This document shows, piece after piece, positions 56,338-64,000 of a DNA stretch of 64,000 bases; within the stretch, counting starts at the first letter, position 1, and each line of letters starts with the position of its first letter. The notes under the pieces were generated by a model. It was not told where the DNA came from and did no database searches. It worked only from the letters and a program-made list of their open reading frames with translations. Position numbers and translations under genes: made by a program. Source of the DNA: Planctomycetota bacterium (GTDB taxonomy: Bacteria; Planctomycetota; SZUA-567; H5-PLA8); assembly GCA_037129555.1 (NCBI GenBank), contig JBAXUS010000005.1:7086-71085 (forward strand), in the 5' to 3' direction.

Positions 56338-59300
56338 TTACGCGTTGCGCGAGATGGGGTCGGCGCCCATGGTGCCGATGAGTTCGGTGAGGTGCTCTTT
56401 TGAGAGGACGTGGGCAAGCGTGGATTCGGCGCGTTGCAGGCGGTCTTTGATTTTCAGGCGCGCGATGGGTTCGGCGTGGCCGGGCTTCGCGAGGAAGGCT
56501 TTGATGTAGGAGATTGTGTCGGTCAAGTGCGCGGCGTCGCGGGACTGTTTGATTTTCAAACGCTCGTGATACCACTCGCTGGCGAGCAGGTAGTCTTTGG
56601 TGAACATGGCGCGGACGTCGGGGTGCGACGCGGTTTTGCCCTGCCATTCTCCGTGCGCCATAATGGCGATGATGGCTTGGAGCGGCGGGCATGCGTCGTC
56701 AATTGTTTCGTCTTCGACGTATTGCAACGCGACGCGTTTTTGAGCCTCGACAATGTTCTCGATGCCATCGACGAAGACGGCGAGGTTTTGCGTTTCGGGT
56801 TTCATCATGGCTTCGTCGAACACGGCAACCGGATTGTCGAAGACGCGTCCGAAGTAAACGTGGACGAAGCGGGTCGTGATGCGGTAGCCGAGGCGGCTTG
56901 CTGGGATGGTGCGGCCCTCGTAGTCGAAGTCATTCATCTTTTCGAAGAAGCCGTTTTCGATCATCTCCTGAATGTTGCGTTCGTCCGGGCGCAAGCGGCA
57001 CCAGATTTCCGGGATGAGGAGGCTGACGTCGTGGCCGACGGGGACGTTGGGACCGACGCAACCGGCGGCGGTCGTGAGGCCGTCGTGGCCGGTGAGGATG
57101 AAGGAGACGAGCGCGTTGTTGAGATCGGCTGTCGTTGGGAGCGCGTTGAAGGGGCCTTTGGTGAGCGCGCCTTCGGAACCTGCTCCGGTTGTCGACGGCG
57201 ATTTTCCGGTCAGGCTGCAAATGAAATCCATGAACAGCTCGGGCAGTTCCTGATAGTGGATCGGGTTGTAAACGGCGAGCGGGCGGATGCCGGCTTTGAG
57301 GTCAGGCGGATTGTTGCGACGACCGGCGAGGACGGCGTTGACAGGGAAAATGACTGGTGCATCGGCGGACAGACGGCGGTGCAAACGGGCACCGACTTCG
57401 GCGAGGTATTCGGTGATCGGATGGACGAGCGTCGGGCGGACTTGGAGGTAGCGCGGATTTTGCGTGGGCTTGCCGTCAACCAAACGCGGATGCGCGGACG
57501 AGACGAAGAATGTACCGTCGGCTTCGGTCGCGGCTTTGCGGATGAGCGCGCGCATGGGATCGGTGAATTGGCTGAAGTGGATGGAATCGTCGATGAGTTC
57601 GAGGGCTTCGTTGCGCGGCAGCGGTTGGAAATTGGAGATAAAATTGCCGGGCAGACTCATATCGAGTTCAGCTTGTTTATCGTAGCCGCGATGGATGGCG
57701 TCGTCGGGGCGCTGGAAGAAACGGTACTCGCAATTGTTGGTCAGTTTCAGCGAATGTGCATCCGCTGATTTGTAATACGAATCAACCCATGACGGCGGGA
57801 CGACGACGGATGCGGTGATGTCGTCTTCCATTTGGACTTTTTCAGCGGGAATAAAATCCTGGCGGAGCTTGTGTGTGCGCCAGGAACCGTCCTGCGTTTT
57901 TCCGACGCGGAGGTAGCTGCCGACGAGGCTGCGGCCGTTGAATTTCAATTCGTGTCCGGAGCTGCCGTTGACGTTGTCGACGCTGAAATGCGAGCGCCAA
58001 TCGTCGCCCCATTCCGGGCGGTGGAAGCGCTTGATGATGTAGACGAGTGCGAAAATGTGGTTCGGGATGGTCGCGAGCCACGCGTTGTATTCGGGCGTGT
58101 ATTCAATGACGGATGGCGTGAGCAATTTGATGACGGAGCCGAGCGAGCGCTGGGGGCTGAGGATCGGACGGGAGGTGTGCTCGTCGGTGAAGCGCCGGTA
58201 TTTGGGAAGGAAGCGGCCGCTGTAATTGCGCGTGATGATGGCGTCCACGTCGTCGAAATCTTTTTGTGCATCGGCAACGAAAACCGGGCCGTAGAGGACG
58301 GCATCGGTGATCGATTTGGAGAGTTCAGATTTGCCGCCGCCGGAGACAGTGCAGGGCTTGTGGCAGAAGGTCGGTTCGGCTTCGGTCCCGACGAGACGCC
58401 ACGATGGCGCGCCGGGATGTTTTTCGAGTTGGACTTTGTAACCCGACGGCATGATGTAGACGTTGCCGTTGAGGACTTTGACGCTCTGTTCTTTGCCGTC
58501 TTTTTGCCAGGACGCTTTTTGTGTAGCGAGGTCGAGGCGGACATCTTCGGGGACGTAGACGATGGTCGGGTATCTTTTATCGACGCCGTAGCCTTCGGGT
58601 TTGAAGTCGATGAAGTTGGAATAGAGGCGCTTCATTTCGACGAAGGAATGTCCTTCCATGTGCATGCGCCGGGCTGGGCGCGTGGCGTCGAGATCGTCGC
58701 CGTAATTGTAGCGCGGGAAGGCGAGGGCGCCGCCTGCGTGTTCTTCTTCGCAGAGACCGAAGAAATTCGCAGCCATGCTGATCTGGGTCTTCACTTCTTT
58801 TTTGCAGTAGCCGAAATAATTGTCGGCGATGATTGTGACCATGATGCCGTCCATCGAGCGGCAGACGAGCTTGAAGGCGCTGCCGCCGTTGTAGCACTCG
58901 TTGGCATCGCGCCAGCACATGCCGTCGGCGCGCTGGCGTTCGGTGGCGTCCTTCCAATTGGGGAGGCCCATGTCTTTCTTGCGAACGAAGACGAGGTGCG
59001 GCGCGAGAATCACGCAGCCGGTGTGGCCGGTCCAATGATCGACGTCGAGGCCGGCATCGTTTTCGGGTAGGTAGGGATCGCCTGCGTTGCCGAAGATGGA
59101 TTCAACGAAATCGAGGTTGGCGACGAGACTTCCCGGGGCGAAGAAGCGGACTTCCATCGTTTTTCGCTGCAATTTTCCGGGCACTTCGGGACAGACGATG
59201 GGGCGAAGGAGGAGCGAGACCATGATCTCGGCTTCATCGGTTGAGCTCATGGTGTACGGCAGTTTTAATAATTCTTTCGGCGGGTTCAATGCGGCGTTGA

Positions 59301-59823
59301 GCATGTTGCCGTAGACGCGTTTGGGGACGGCGATTTTGTCGGCGGGAACGGGGAGGCCGCCTTCGGCGATGTGGAAGACGCCTTTGGTGGTGCGCTTGTC
59401 ATTTTTCGGATTGTGAAGGACGCCTTGTTCGACGCGATACGAGCTACCGATTTCGGTTTCGAGGGTATTTTTATTGAGCGGAAGTGAGAGTTCGCGCGCG
59501 AGGCCGTGGCGGTCGAGCGTCAGGGTGTTGCGCGGAAGTTCGATGGGGCCATTGAGTTTGACGTCGGCGAAATGAGACGCGAGAAAATCCTGGATGCGGC
59601 GATCAGGTGGACAGAGATGGGACGAAAGCAGGCGGACTTTTTCGCGATAATTTTGGACGAGGTCATAGGCCATGTCCAAGAGTTCGGAGTCTTCATTCGC
59701 GCCGGGGGCTTTGAGGCCGAGGGCGGCGAGTTTCAGATTGATGTAGCGGACGATCAGGAGTCGTTCTTTTTCGGCCTCAACACCTTTTAATGGAGGGAAA
59801 CCCAGTGCTCGTTTTAAACCCAT
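56338..59823 (-). CDS. Very large soluble protein, tentatively PPi-dependent phosphoenolpyruvate carboxykinase (PEPCK3 family)
   Basis: Single 1161-aa ORF with no TM segment, no repeats, and none of the standard motifs of GTP/ATP-PEPCK, PEP carboxylase or PPDK. Size (~130 kDa) and overall character fit the PPi-PEPCK family described in Entamoeba, Propionibacterium and some PVC bacteria. The assignment is from memory of that family, not from a motif match. Confidence 0.4.
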   Translation of the reverse strand: MGLKRALGFPPLKGVEAEKERLLIVRYINLKLAALGLKAPGANEDSELLDMAYDLVQNYREKVRLLSSHLCPPDRRIQDFLASHFADVKLNGPIELPRNTLTLDRHGLARELSLPLNKNTLETEIGSSYRVEQGVLHNPKNDKRTTKGVFHIAEGGLPVPADKIAVPKRVYGNMLNAALNPPKELLKLPYTMSSTDEAEIMVSLLLRPIVCPEVPGKLQRKTMEVRFFAPGSLVANLDFVESIFGNAGDPYLPENDAGLDVDHWTGHTGCVILAPHLVFVRKKDMGLPNWKDATERQRADGMCWRDANECYNGGSAFKLVCRSMDGIMVTIIADNYFGYCKKEVKTQISMAANFFGLCEEEHAGGALAFPRYNYGDDLDATRPARRMHMEGHSFVEMKRLYSNFIDFKPEGYGVDKRYPTIVYVPEDVRLDLATQKASWQKDGKEQSVKVLNGNVYIMPSGYKVQLEKHPGAPSWRLVGTEAEPTFCHKPCTVSGGGKSELSKSITDAVLYGPVFVADAQKDFDDVDAIITRNYSGRFLPKYRRFTDEHTSRPILSPQRSLGSVIKLLTPSVIEYTPEYNAWLATIPNHIFALVYIIKRFHRPEWGDDWRSHFSVDNVNGSSGHELKFNGRSLVGSYLRVGKTQDGSWRTHKLRQDFIPAEKVQMEDDITASVVVPPSWVDSYYKSADAHSLKLTNNCEYRFFQRPDDAIHRGYDKQAELDMSLPGNFISNFQPLPRNEALELIDDSIHFSQFTDPMRALIRKAATEADGTFFVSSAHPRLVDGKPTQNPRYLQVRPTLVHPITEYLAEVGARLHRRLSADAPVIFPVNAVLAGRRNNPPDLKAGIRPLAVYNPIHYQELPELFMDFICSLTGKSPSTTGAGSEGALTKGPFNALPTTADLNNALVSFILTGHDGLTTAAGCVGPNVPVGHDVSLLIPEIWCRLRPDERNIQEMIENGFFEKMNDFDYEGRTIPASRLGYRITTRFVHVYFGRVFDNPVAVFDEAMMKPETQNLAVFVDGIENIVEAQKRVALQYVEDETIDDACPPLQAIIAIMAHGEWQGKTASHPDVRAMFTKDYLLASEWYHERLKIKQSRDAAHLTDTISYIKAFLAKPGHAEPIARLKIKDRLQRAESTLAHVLSKEHLTELIGTMGADPISRNA

Positions 59824-59898
59824 GCGTGTGTCCTAAAATGATTCTGATGTTCAAAAAGTGATGTACATGCTTTGGAAGCAGCGAACCGCATCCACCTT

Positions 59899-60867
59899 TT
59901 ATTTGGTGTTCAAAACGCCACTCAATTCGCTTGCCATCTTTAATGCTGCAGCTCGCGCGGCGGATGCAAAACCGCGTTCGCCGTGTTGGCTGTAAGCGGC
60001 TTGTTTGTACGCAAAGATGATGCCACGCGAATTGTTGACGATGGCACCTCGACCGTCGGAGCGGAAGCCTGCGGCTGCGTCTTGTGCGGAGCCGCCTTGA
60101 GCGCCGTAACCGGGGATGAGGAAATAGGTGTCGGGCATGAGAGCTCGGAGGGCGCGGGCTTCGTCGGGATAGGTGGCTCCGACGACGGCTCCGACATCGG
60201 AGAGTCCGCAGGTGCTGAGGTGCGGGCGGCCGATTTCGTGGACCATTTGGGCGACGTGTTCGCGGACGAAACGACCGTCTTGAAGTTTCAAGTCTTGCAA
60301 GTCGCCGCTGCCGGGGTTGCTGGTTTTGACGAGGACGAAGACGCCTCCGCCGTTTGCTGCTGCGGTTTTCAAAAAGGGTTCGAGCGTGTCGCGGCCCATG
60401 TAGGGATTGACGGTCAGGGCGTCGGCATTAAAAGGGGAGGTTGGGCCGCCGAGATGGGCTTGGGCGTAGGCTTCGGCGGTGGCTCCGATGTCGCCGCGTT
60501 TGGCGTCGGAGATGACGAGGAGGCCTTTTTCGCGGGCGTAGGCGCAGGTGGATTCGTAGGCGCAGATGCCGTCGGTGCCGAGTTCTTCGTAGAAGGCGAT
60601 TTGTGGTTTGCAGATGGGGACGATGTCGGAGACGGCGTCGATGATGGCTTGATTGAATTGAAGAAACGCGAGTGCTCGGGCGAGCGAGGTGTCGCCTTTG
60701 GATTGGATCGCGGCTTCGGTGATGAATTTGGGAATGCTGTCAAAACGTGGGTCGAGGCCGACGCAAATGGGGTTGCCTTTGGCGCGGATGGCGGCGTCTA
60801 ATCGGTCGGAGAAATGTTGCATGGTCGAGTCCTTTAAAGTCATAAATTGGTGCGCTGATTTTACCAC
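59899..60867 (-). CDS. pyrF: Orotidine-5'-phosphate decarboxylase, type 2
   Basis: …ICVGLDP… N-terminal substrate-binding block and …LVISDAKRGDIG… with the catalytic Lys. ~275 aa core; start may be 60822 (MQHFSD). Confidence 0.7.
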   Translation of the reverse strand: MVKSAHQFMTLKDSTMQHFSDRLDAAIRAKGNPICVGLDPRFDSIPKFITEAAIQSKGDTSLARALAFLQFNQAIIDAVSDIVPICKPQIAFYEELGTDGICAYESTCAYAREKGLLVISDAKRGDIGATAEAYAQAHLGGPTSPFNADALTVNPYMGRDTLEPFLKTAAANGGGVFVLVKTSNPGSGDLQDLKLQDGRFVREHVAQMVHEIGRPHLSTCGLSDVGAVVGATYPDEARALRALMPDTYFLIPGYGAQGGSAQDAAAGFRSDGRGAIVNNSRGIIFAYKQAAYSQHGERGFASAARAAALKMASELSGVLNTK

Positions 60868-60916
60868 AGAATGGCGTCTGAACGAAGTGATTGATGTGAC
60901 AAAATTCTGAAAATAA

Positions 60917-62185
60917 TTGACGTGCGCGCGGAATTGGGGACGATGTTTTCATATGCTTCACAGTGTCTTAACGAGTGCTGAAAAAACGCTGGGGTGCGTG
61001 CTGCGCGTGGACGGCGACATCGGGTTGCTTGAGCGGCCGCGCCGTGCGTTGCTGGTGTCGCGCGGGGAGCGGAATCCTGCGCCGGACGAGGCACGACTTT
61101 GCGCGGTGATTGATGCGGCGCGGAGTGTGGTGAGCTCGGGTGAGGCGCTGGTTGTTGGGACGGAGCGCGAGCATTGGGATGTGGCGTTGTGGACGTGTCG
61201 GGAGGCAGGCGGTGCTGCGATTGTGGTGTTGCATGAGCGCTCGGAGGCGGCGGAGTTTTTTCCGGAGAACGTGTTGTTGGTGTGGCCGGCGATGAGTGAG
61301 CCGGCGTTGAGTAAAGAGGAGCGGCTGTTGTTGCGCGATCAGCTTGTTGGGATGCTGGCGTCGTGTGCGACTGCGATTCAAATTCGGGCGAATGGGAATA
61401 TGGCGCGGGTGGCGGCGGATATGAGTGCGCGGGGATGTGGGGTTGAGGCTTGGGCGATTAAGAAGAGTGAACGGACGACTCGAAAACTGGATAGCGGTTT
61501 AGAGTTGGGGAGCGCCACCCCCTCACCCCGCGAGCCGAACGGCAGGCTCGTCGGCCCTCTCCCCGAGGGGAGAGGGGAAGGGCGGCGACTCGCTTCGCTC
61601 GTTGGATCTGAATTTGAGAAAATGGGTGACGCCTATTTGACTCATTTTACGCGCGAGCCGGATGGGTGTTGGCCGGGCGAGAGTCGGGGTGATTATGTGC
61701 GGTGGTTGGCTTCGGGAATTCGATTTGATCAGCGCGATGGGTTTCAGGCGCTGCGGCGGATTTTGAGTCAACGCAGGATTGTGTCGTGTGGGCGGCTTAT
61801 TAATGGTGGGACGCCGGTGGTGTGTTTGACGGCGCGTGATCCGGGTGAGTTGCTGGTTGAAAATCGGTGGCGAAAAGGGTTGGGGCGTTGGACGTATTCG
61901 CGATATGCGCTGTCGATTCGGCGGGATGTTTTGGAGGCGGCGGGTGCGCGAGTGGTGCGGTATGTTTCAGCGGACGTGATGCAGCTGGCTCCGATTTCTG
62001 AGCGTCATTTTTTGCAGATTGAAGCGTCGAGCGGAATCGATTGGCGGAATGAAGCGGAGTGGCGTGTGACGGGCGATTTGGATTTTTCGCGATTGGATTC
62101 TGGGGCGACGGTGGCGTGGGTTTCGAGCGAAACTGAAGCGGCGAGCATCGAGAGTGAGTTTGGAATTCGTGCGTTTTTGTTGTGA
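60917..62185 (+). CDS. Hypothetical protein: N-terminal divergent Rossmann-like domain (weak DprA/LOG/SLOG-superfamily resemblance) + C-terminal unknown domain, joined in-frame through a copy of the structured repeat
   Basis: One open frame of 422 codons. Both halves have coding-like periodicity. Residues ~200-232 (GSATPSPREPNGRLVGPLPEGRGEGRRLASLVG) are translated from repeat copy 3 (61511-61601). This may be one protein with an in-frame repeat insertion or two genes (second start MGDAYL at ~61622). Confidence 0.4.
   Translation: MTCARNWGRCFHMLHSVLTSAEKTLGCVLRVDGDIGLLERPRRALLVSRGERNPAPDEARLCAVIDAARSVVSSGEALVVGTEREHWDVALWTCREAGGAAIVVLHERSEAAEFFPENVLLVWPAMSEPALSKEERLLLRDQLVGMLASCATAIQIRANGNMARVAADMSARGCGVEAWAIKKSERTTRKLDSGLELGSATPSPREPNGRLVGPLPEGRGEGRRLASLVGSEFEKMGDAYLTHFTREPDGCWPGESRGDYVRWLASGIRFDQRDGFQALRRILSQRRIVSCGRLINGGTPVVCLTARDPGELLVENRWRKGLGRWTYSRYALSIRRDVLEAAGARVVRYVSADVMQLAPISERHFLQIEASSGIDWRNEAEWRVTGDLDFSRLDSGATVAWVSSETEAASIESEFGIRAFLL
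61511..61601 (+). repeat. Structured repeat, copy 3 (in-frame inside ORF 60917-62185)
   Basis: gcgccACCCCcTCACCCCGCGAGCCGAACGGCaGGCTCGTCGGCCCTCTCCCcgAGGGGAGAGGGGAAGGGCGgCGaCTCGCTTCGCTCG. The loop of stem 2 is changed (cga vs tcaa) without breaking the stem. Confidence 0.75.
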
Positions 62186-62216
62186 ATGTTGGGACGACTC
62201 TTTTGGAAAATGACCT

Positions 62217-62630
62217 GTGGATATTGAACCGAAGAAGCATGGCGTGATCGCGATTTTGCAGGACGCGGGTGGGCGATTTCTGGTGATTCGGCGCGGGCTG
62301 ACGTTGGAGCGTGCGCCGGGGTGGTGGTGTTTTGCCGGGGGCGAGGTGGAGCCGGGCGAGGTGTTGGAACGGGCGTTGGAGCGCGAAGTTTTTGAGGAGT
62401 TGGGATTGCGCGTGGCGGCGGGGGAGAAGGTGTATGAATCGGTGTCGCCGAATGGGGTGTATCGGTTGCATTGGTTTCGTGCGGAGTTGGTGGGGCCGGT
62501 GAGTGAGTTGTGTGCGCATCCGATTGAAGTGGCAGAGGCGCGATGGTTGTTGGGGGCGGAGATTTTGGAGTTGAGTCCGGTGTTGCCGGGGTTGATTGTG
62601 TGGTTGAAGGGGGGAGGCATGGATAAATAA
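62217..62630 (+). CDS. NUDIX hydrolase
   Basis: Nudix box GGEVEPGEVLERALEREVFEELGL (GX5EX7REUXEEXGU). Confidence 0.7.
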   Translation: MDIEPKKHGVIAILQDAGGRFLVIRRGLTLERAPGWWCFAGGEVEPGEVLERALEREVFEELGLRVAAGEKVYESVSPNGVYRLHWFRAELVGPVSELCAHPIEVAEARWLLGAEILELSPVLPGLIVWLKGGGMDK

Positions 62631-62640
62631 AACGCGCTTG

Positions 62641-62742
62641 GATTAATCAGCGTTTACCCCTCACCCCGCGAGACGGAACGACTGTCTCGTCGGCCCTCTC
62701 CCTCAAGGGGAGAGGGGAAGGGCGACGGCTCGCTTCGCTCGC
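62641..62742 (+). repeat. Structured ~100-nt repeat, copy 4
   Basis: GATTAATCAGCGtttACCCCTCACCCCGCGAGaCGGAACGaCTGtCTCGTCGGCCCTCTCCCTCAAGGGGAGAGGGGAAGGGCGACGGCTCGCTTCGCTCGC. Stem 1 carries the compensatory pair (CGAGAC/GTCTCG). Confidence 0.75.
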
Positions 62743-62761
62743 CTGAAGAAAAGCGGCGGGG

Positions 62762-63994
62762 TCAATCCTTGTTTCGGAAAATTCCGAAGCAGGAGGTGAA
62801 GCCGTGGATGTAGGTGGTGCCGCCGACGGGGCCGATTTCGCCGTTGCAGAAGAAGCCGCCGAGTGGGGCGTCGACGAATTTGTTGGCGAACGCGAGGCTG
62901 TCGTGGTCGGGTTTTCCGTAGAGGCCTTCGCCTCGGCCGAGGCATGAGAAGAGCAGGCCGCCGCGAGGTGGTGTTGGGAGCGATTCGCCTTTCATGGCGT
63001 TCATGCGTTCGGTGGAGTGACGCCAGAGGACGGCTTCGAGGTCGGCGGTTGCGGCGGCGGATTCGCGCAGATGGAATTGAACGGTCTGGCCTTCGTCGAG
63101 CAGCGCTCCGATGGCAAGGACGCCGCGATTGGCGTCCATGCCCACCAAATTGCGGATGAGGAAATCGCCGGGCAGGGGTTCGCCGGCTTTGAATGGGTCC
63201 ATCACAATTCCGAGGAAGAGCGACGAGCGGATCAAATCCTGTTCGCGTTCGTCAGCGGCTTCGAACAATTCCTGGAGCGCGAGCAAGGCGGGTTTTTTGT
63301 CGAGTTCGACGAGGAGATTTTTCTGGCAGCTGGTGATGCGCATCGGTTTTCCGATAGGGCGGCAGCCTTGTGCGACGAGGGTGTCGATTTCGATCTCTCC
63401 GGAGAAAGCGAGGCCGACGGCTCCGGTGCGGCGGAAGGTGCGGTCGAGGTAGAGCGCGTTTTGGCCGGGGCCGTTGGCTCCGCTGGCGAGGCCTCCGATC
63501 TTGGCTGATTGGGGGAACGCGTAGTCAAATCCGCGCAACATGTCTTCGGCGCGCGACATGCTGTACGGGTCGGCGACGATGACGAAATGCGGATTGTCGG
63601 CGGCGTGGACGGCGATGGCTTCTTCCCATTTTCGGGGCGGATCATCGAGGCCAGGAAGGGTGTCGTCGTCGAGGTGGAAGGGTGTGATGGTGACGTCGGG
63701 GAGGATCGCTGCGGTGATGGAAATCGCGGGCGCGTGTTCGACTTCGCGGCCTCCGCCGATGACGGCTCCGCCTGAGCAGCCGAGCAGGTGCTGGGGTTCA
63801 AGTCGCTTGTTCACGGCCGCTCCGGCCCGAGCGTAATTGGCGCGGTGCTGGGGCGAGATGAAGAGGAAGGCGACATCGGGTTTTTCGCCGTGCAGGTCGG
63901 TTGTGATTTTCGAGAGAACGTCATCGAGGGCTTTGTCGGTGTCGGCGTCGGTGCTGATCGCTGAGGCCCATTTCATTCCAATTTTAACAGTCAT
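62762..63994 (-). CDS. FIST-domain (FIST_N + FIST_C) sensory protein
   Basis: 410 aa. The N-terminal half (MTVKIGMKWASAISTDADTDKALDDVL…FLFISPQH…) and C-terminal half match the FIST architecture. Start codon is 6 nt from the window end. Confidence 0.55.
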   Translation of the reverse strand: MTVKIGMKWASAISTDADTDKALDDVLSKITTDLHGEKPDVAFLFISPQHRANYARAGAAVNKRLEPQHLLGCSGGAVIGGGREVEHAPAISITAAILPDVTITPFHLDDDTLPGLDDPPRKWEEAIAVHAADNPHFVIVADPYSMSRAEDMLRGFDYAFPQSAKIGGLASGANGPGQNALYLDRTFRRTGAVGLAFSGEIEIDTLVAQGCRPIGKPMRITSCQKNLLVELDKKPALLALQELFEAADEREQDLIRSSLFLGIVMDPFKAGEPLPGDFLIRNLVGMDANRGVLAIGALLDEGQTVQFHLRESAAATADLEAVLWRHSTERMNAMKGESLPTPPRGGLLFSCLGRGEGLYGKPDHDSLAFANKFVDAPLGGFFCNGEIGPVGGTTYIHGFTSCFGIFRNKD

Positions 63995-64000
63995 TTAGTG

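Noticed and set aside
49654-62742. Possibility that the four structured repeats are a CRISPR array
   Set aside because: The copies are 5-6 kb apart and not regularly spaced, with no cas genes. They are dispersed REP/MITE-like elements, not a CRISPR array.
1-64000. tRNA/rRNA genes and transposases/integrases
   Set aside because: No cloverleaf-like sequence with CCA-proximal T-arm motifs and no rRNA-like conserved blocks were spotted by eye in any intergenic region. No ORF resembles a transposase, integrase or phage protein. Absence is by inspection only, not by tRNAscan or HMM search.
41000-64000. Strong G/T excess on the plus strand regardless of gene orientation in the 3' ~20 kb
   Set aside because: This is probably ordinary replication-strand compositional skew (the plus strand being the leading strand). 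A cumulative GC-skew plot would check it. No origin or terminus can be called from a 64-kb window, so it is not reported as a finding.

Overview
This is a 64-kb, high-GC (~58-60%) stretch of bacterial chromosome with densely packed genes and no CRISPR array, tRNA, transposase or integrase that I can see. The gene content (multi-PAS histidine kinase, tail-anchored Ser/Thr kinase, many Sec/Tat-exported TPR/HEAT/PKD proteins, xylose-isomerase-like TIM-barrel enzymes) suggests a Planctomycetes/Verrucomicrobia-like organism; this is a guess. Housekeeping genes I can support: hisG, rtcB, ftsY, psd, pssA, glgA, smc, recN, hisS, accA, cfa, mnmE, pyrF. There is also a RelE/ParE toxin-antitoxin pair, a GH16 glucanase, a cupredoxin protein, a NagB-LmbE fusion, an XylR-type regulator, a fused circularly permuted ATP-grasp/alpha-E protein, a very large (1161 aa) protein that I tentatively assign to the PPi-dependent PEPCK family, a NUDIX hydrolase and a FIST protein. 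The most unusual sequence-level signals are: (1) a ~90-100 nt structured repeat present in four dispersed copies in the 3' quarter of the window, with compensatory base changes preserving a stem, one copy lying in-frame inside an ORF; (2) an AT-rich perfect 12-mer array (3 direct + 3 inverted copies) forming a ~110 bp palindrome between rtcB and ftsY; (3) a 160-bp nested inverted-repeat element between the ATP-grasp gene and mnmE; (4) a GGAGCAG-N4-CTGCTCC hairpin motif found three times; (5) a HisRS gene carrying a ~170-aa N-terminal YbaK/ProX-like extension; (6) MshEN-like (c-di-GMP-binding type) repeats at the N-terminus of the Ser/Thr kinase. All functional calls are from reading the translated ORFs and the DNA by eye; no database search was run.
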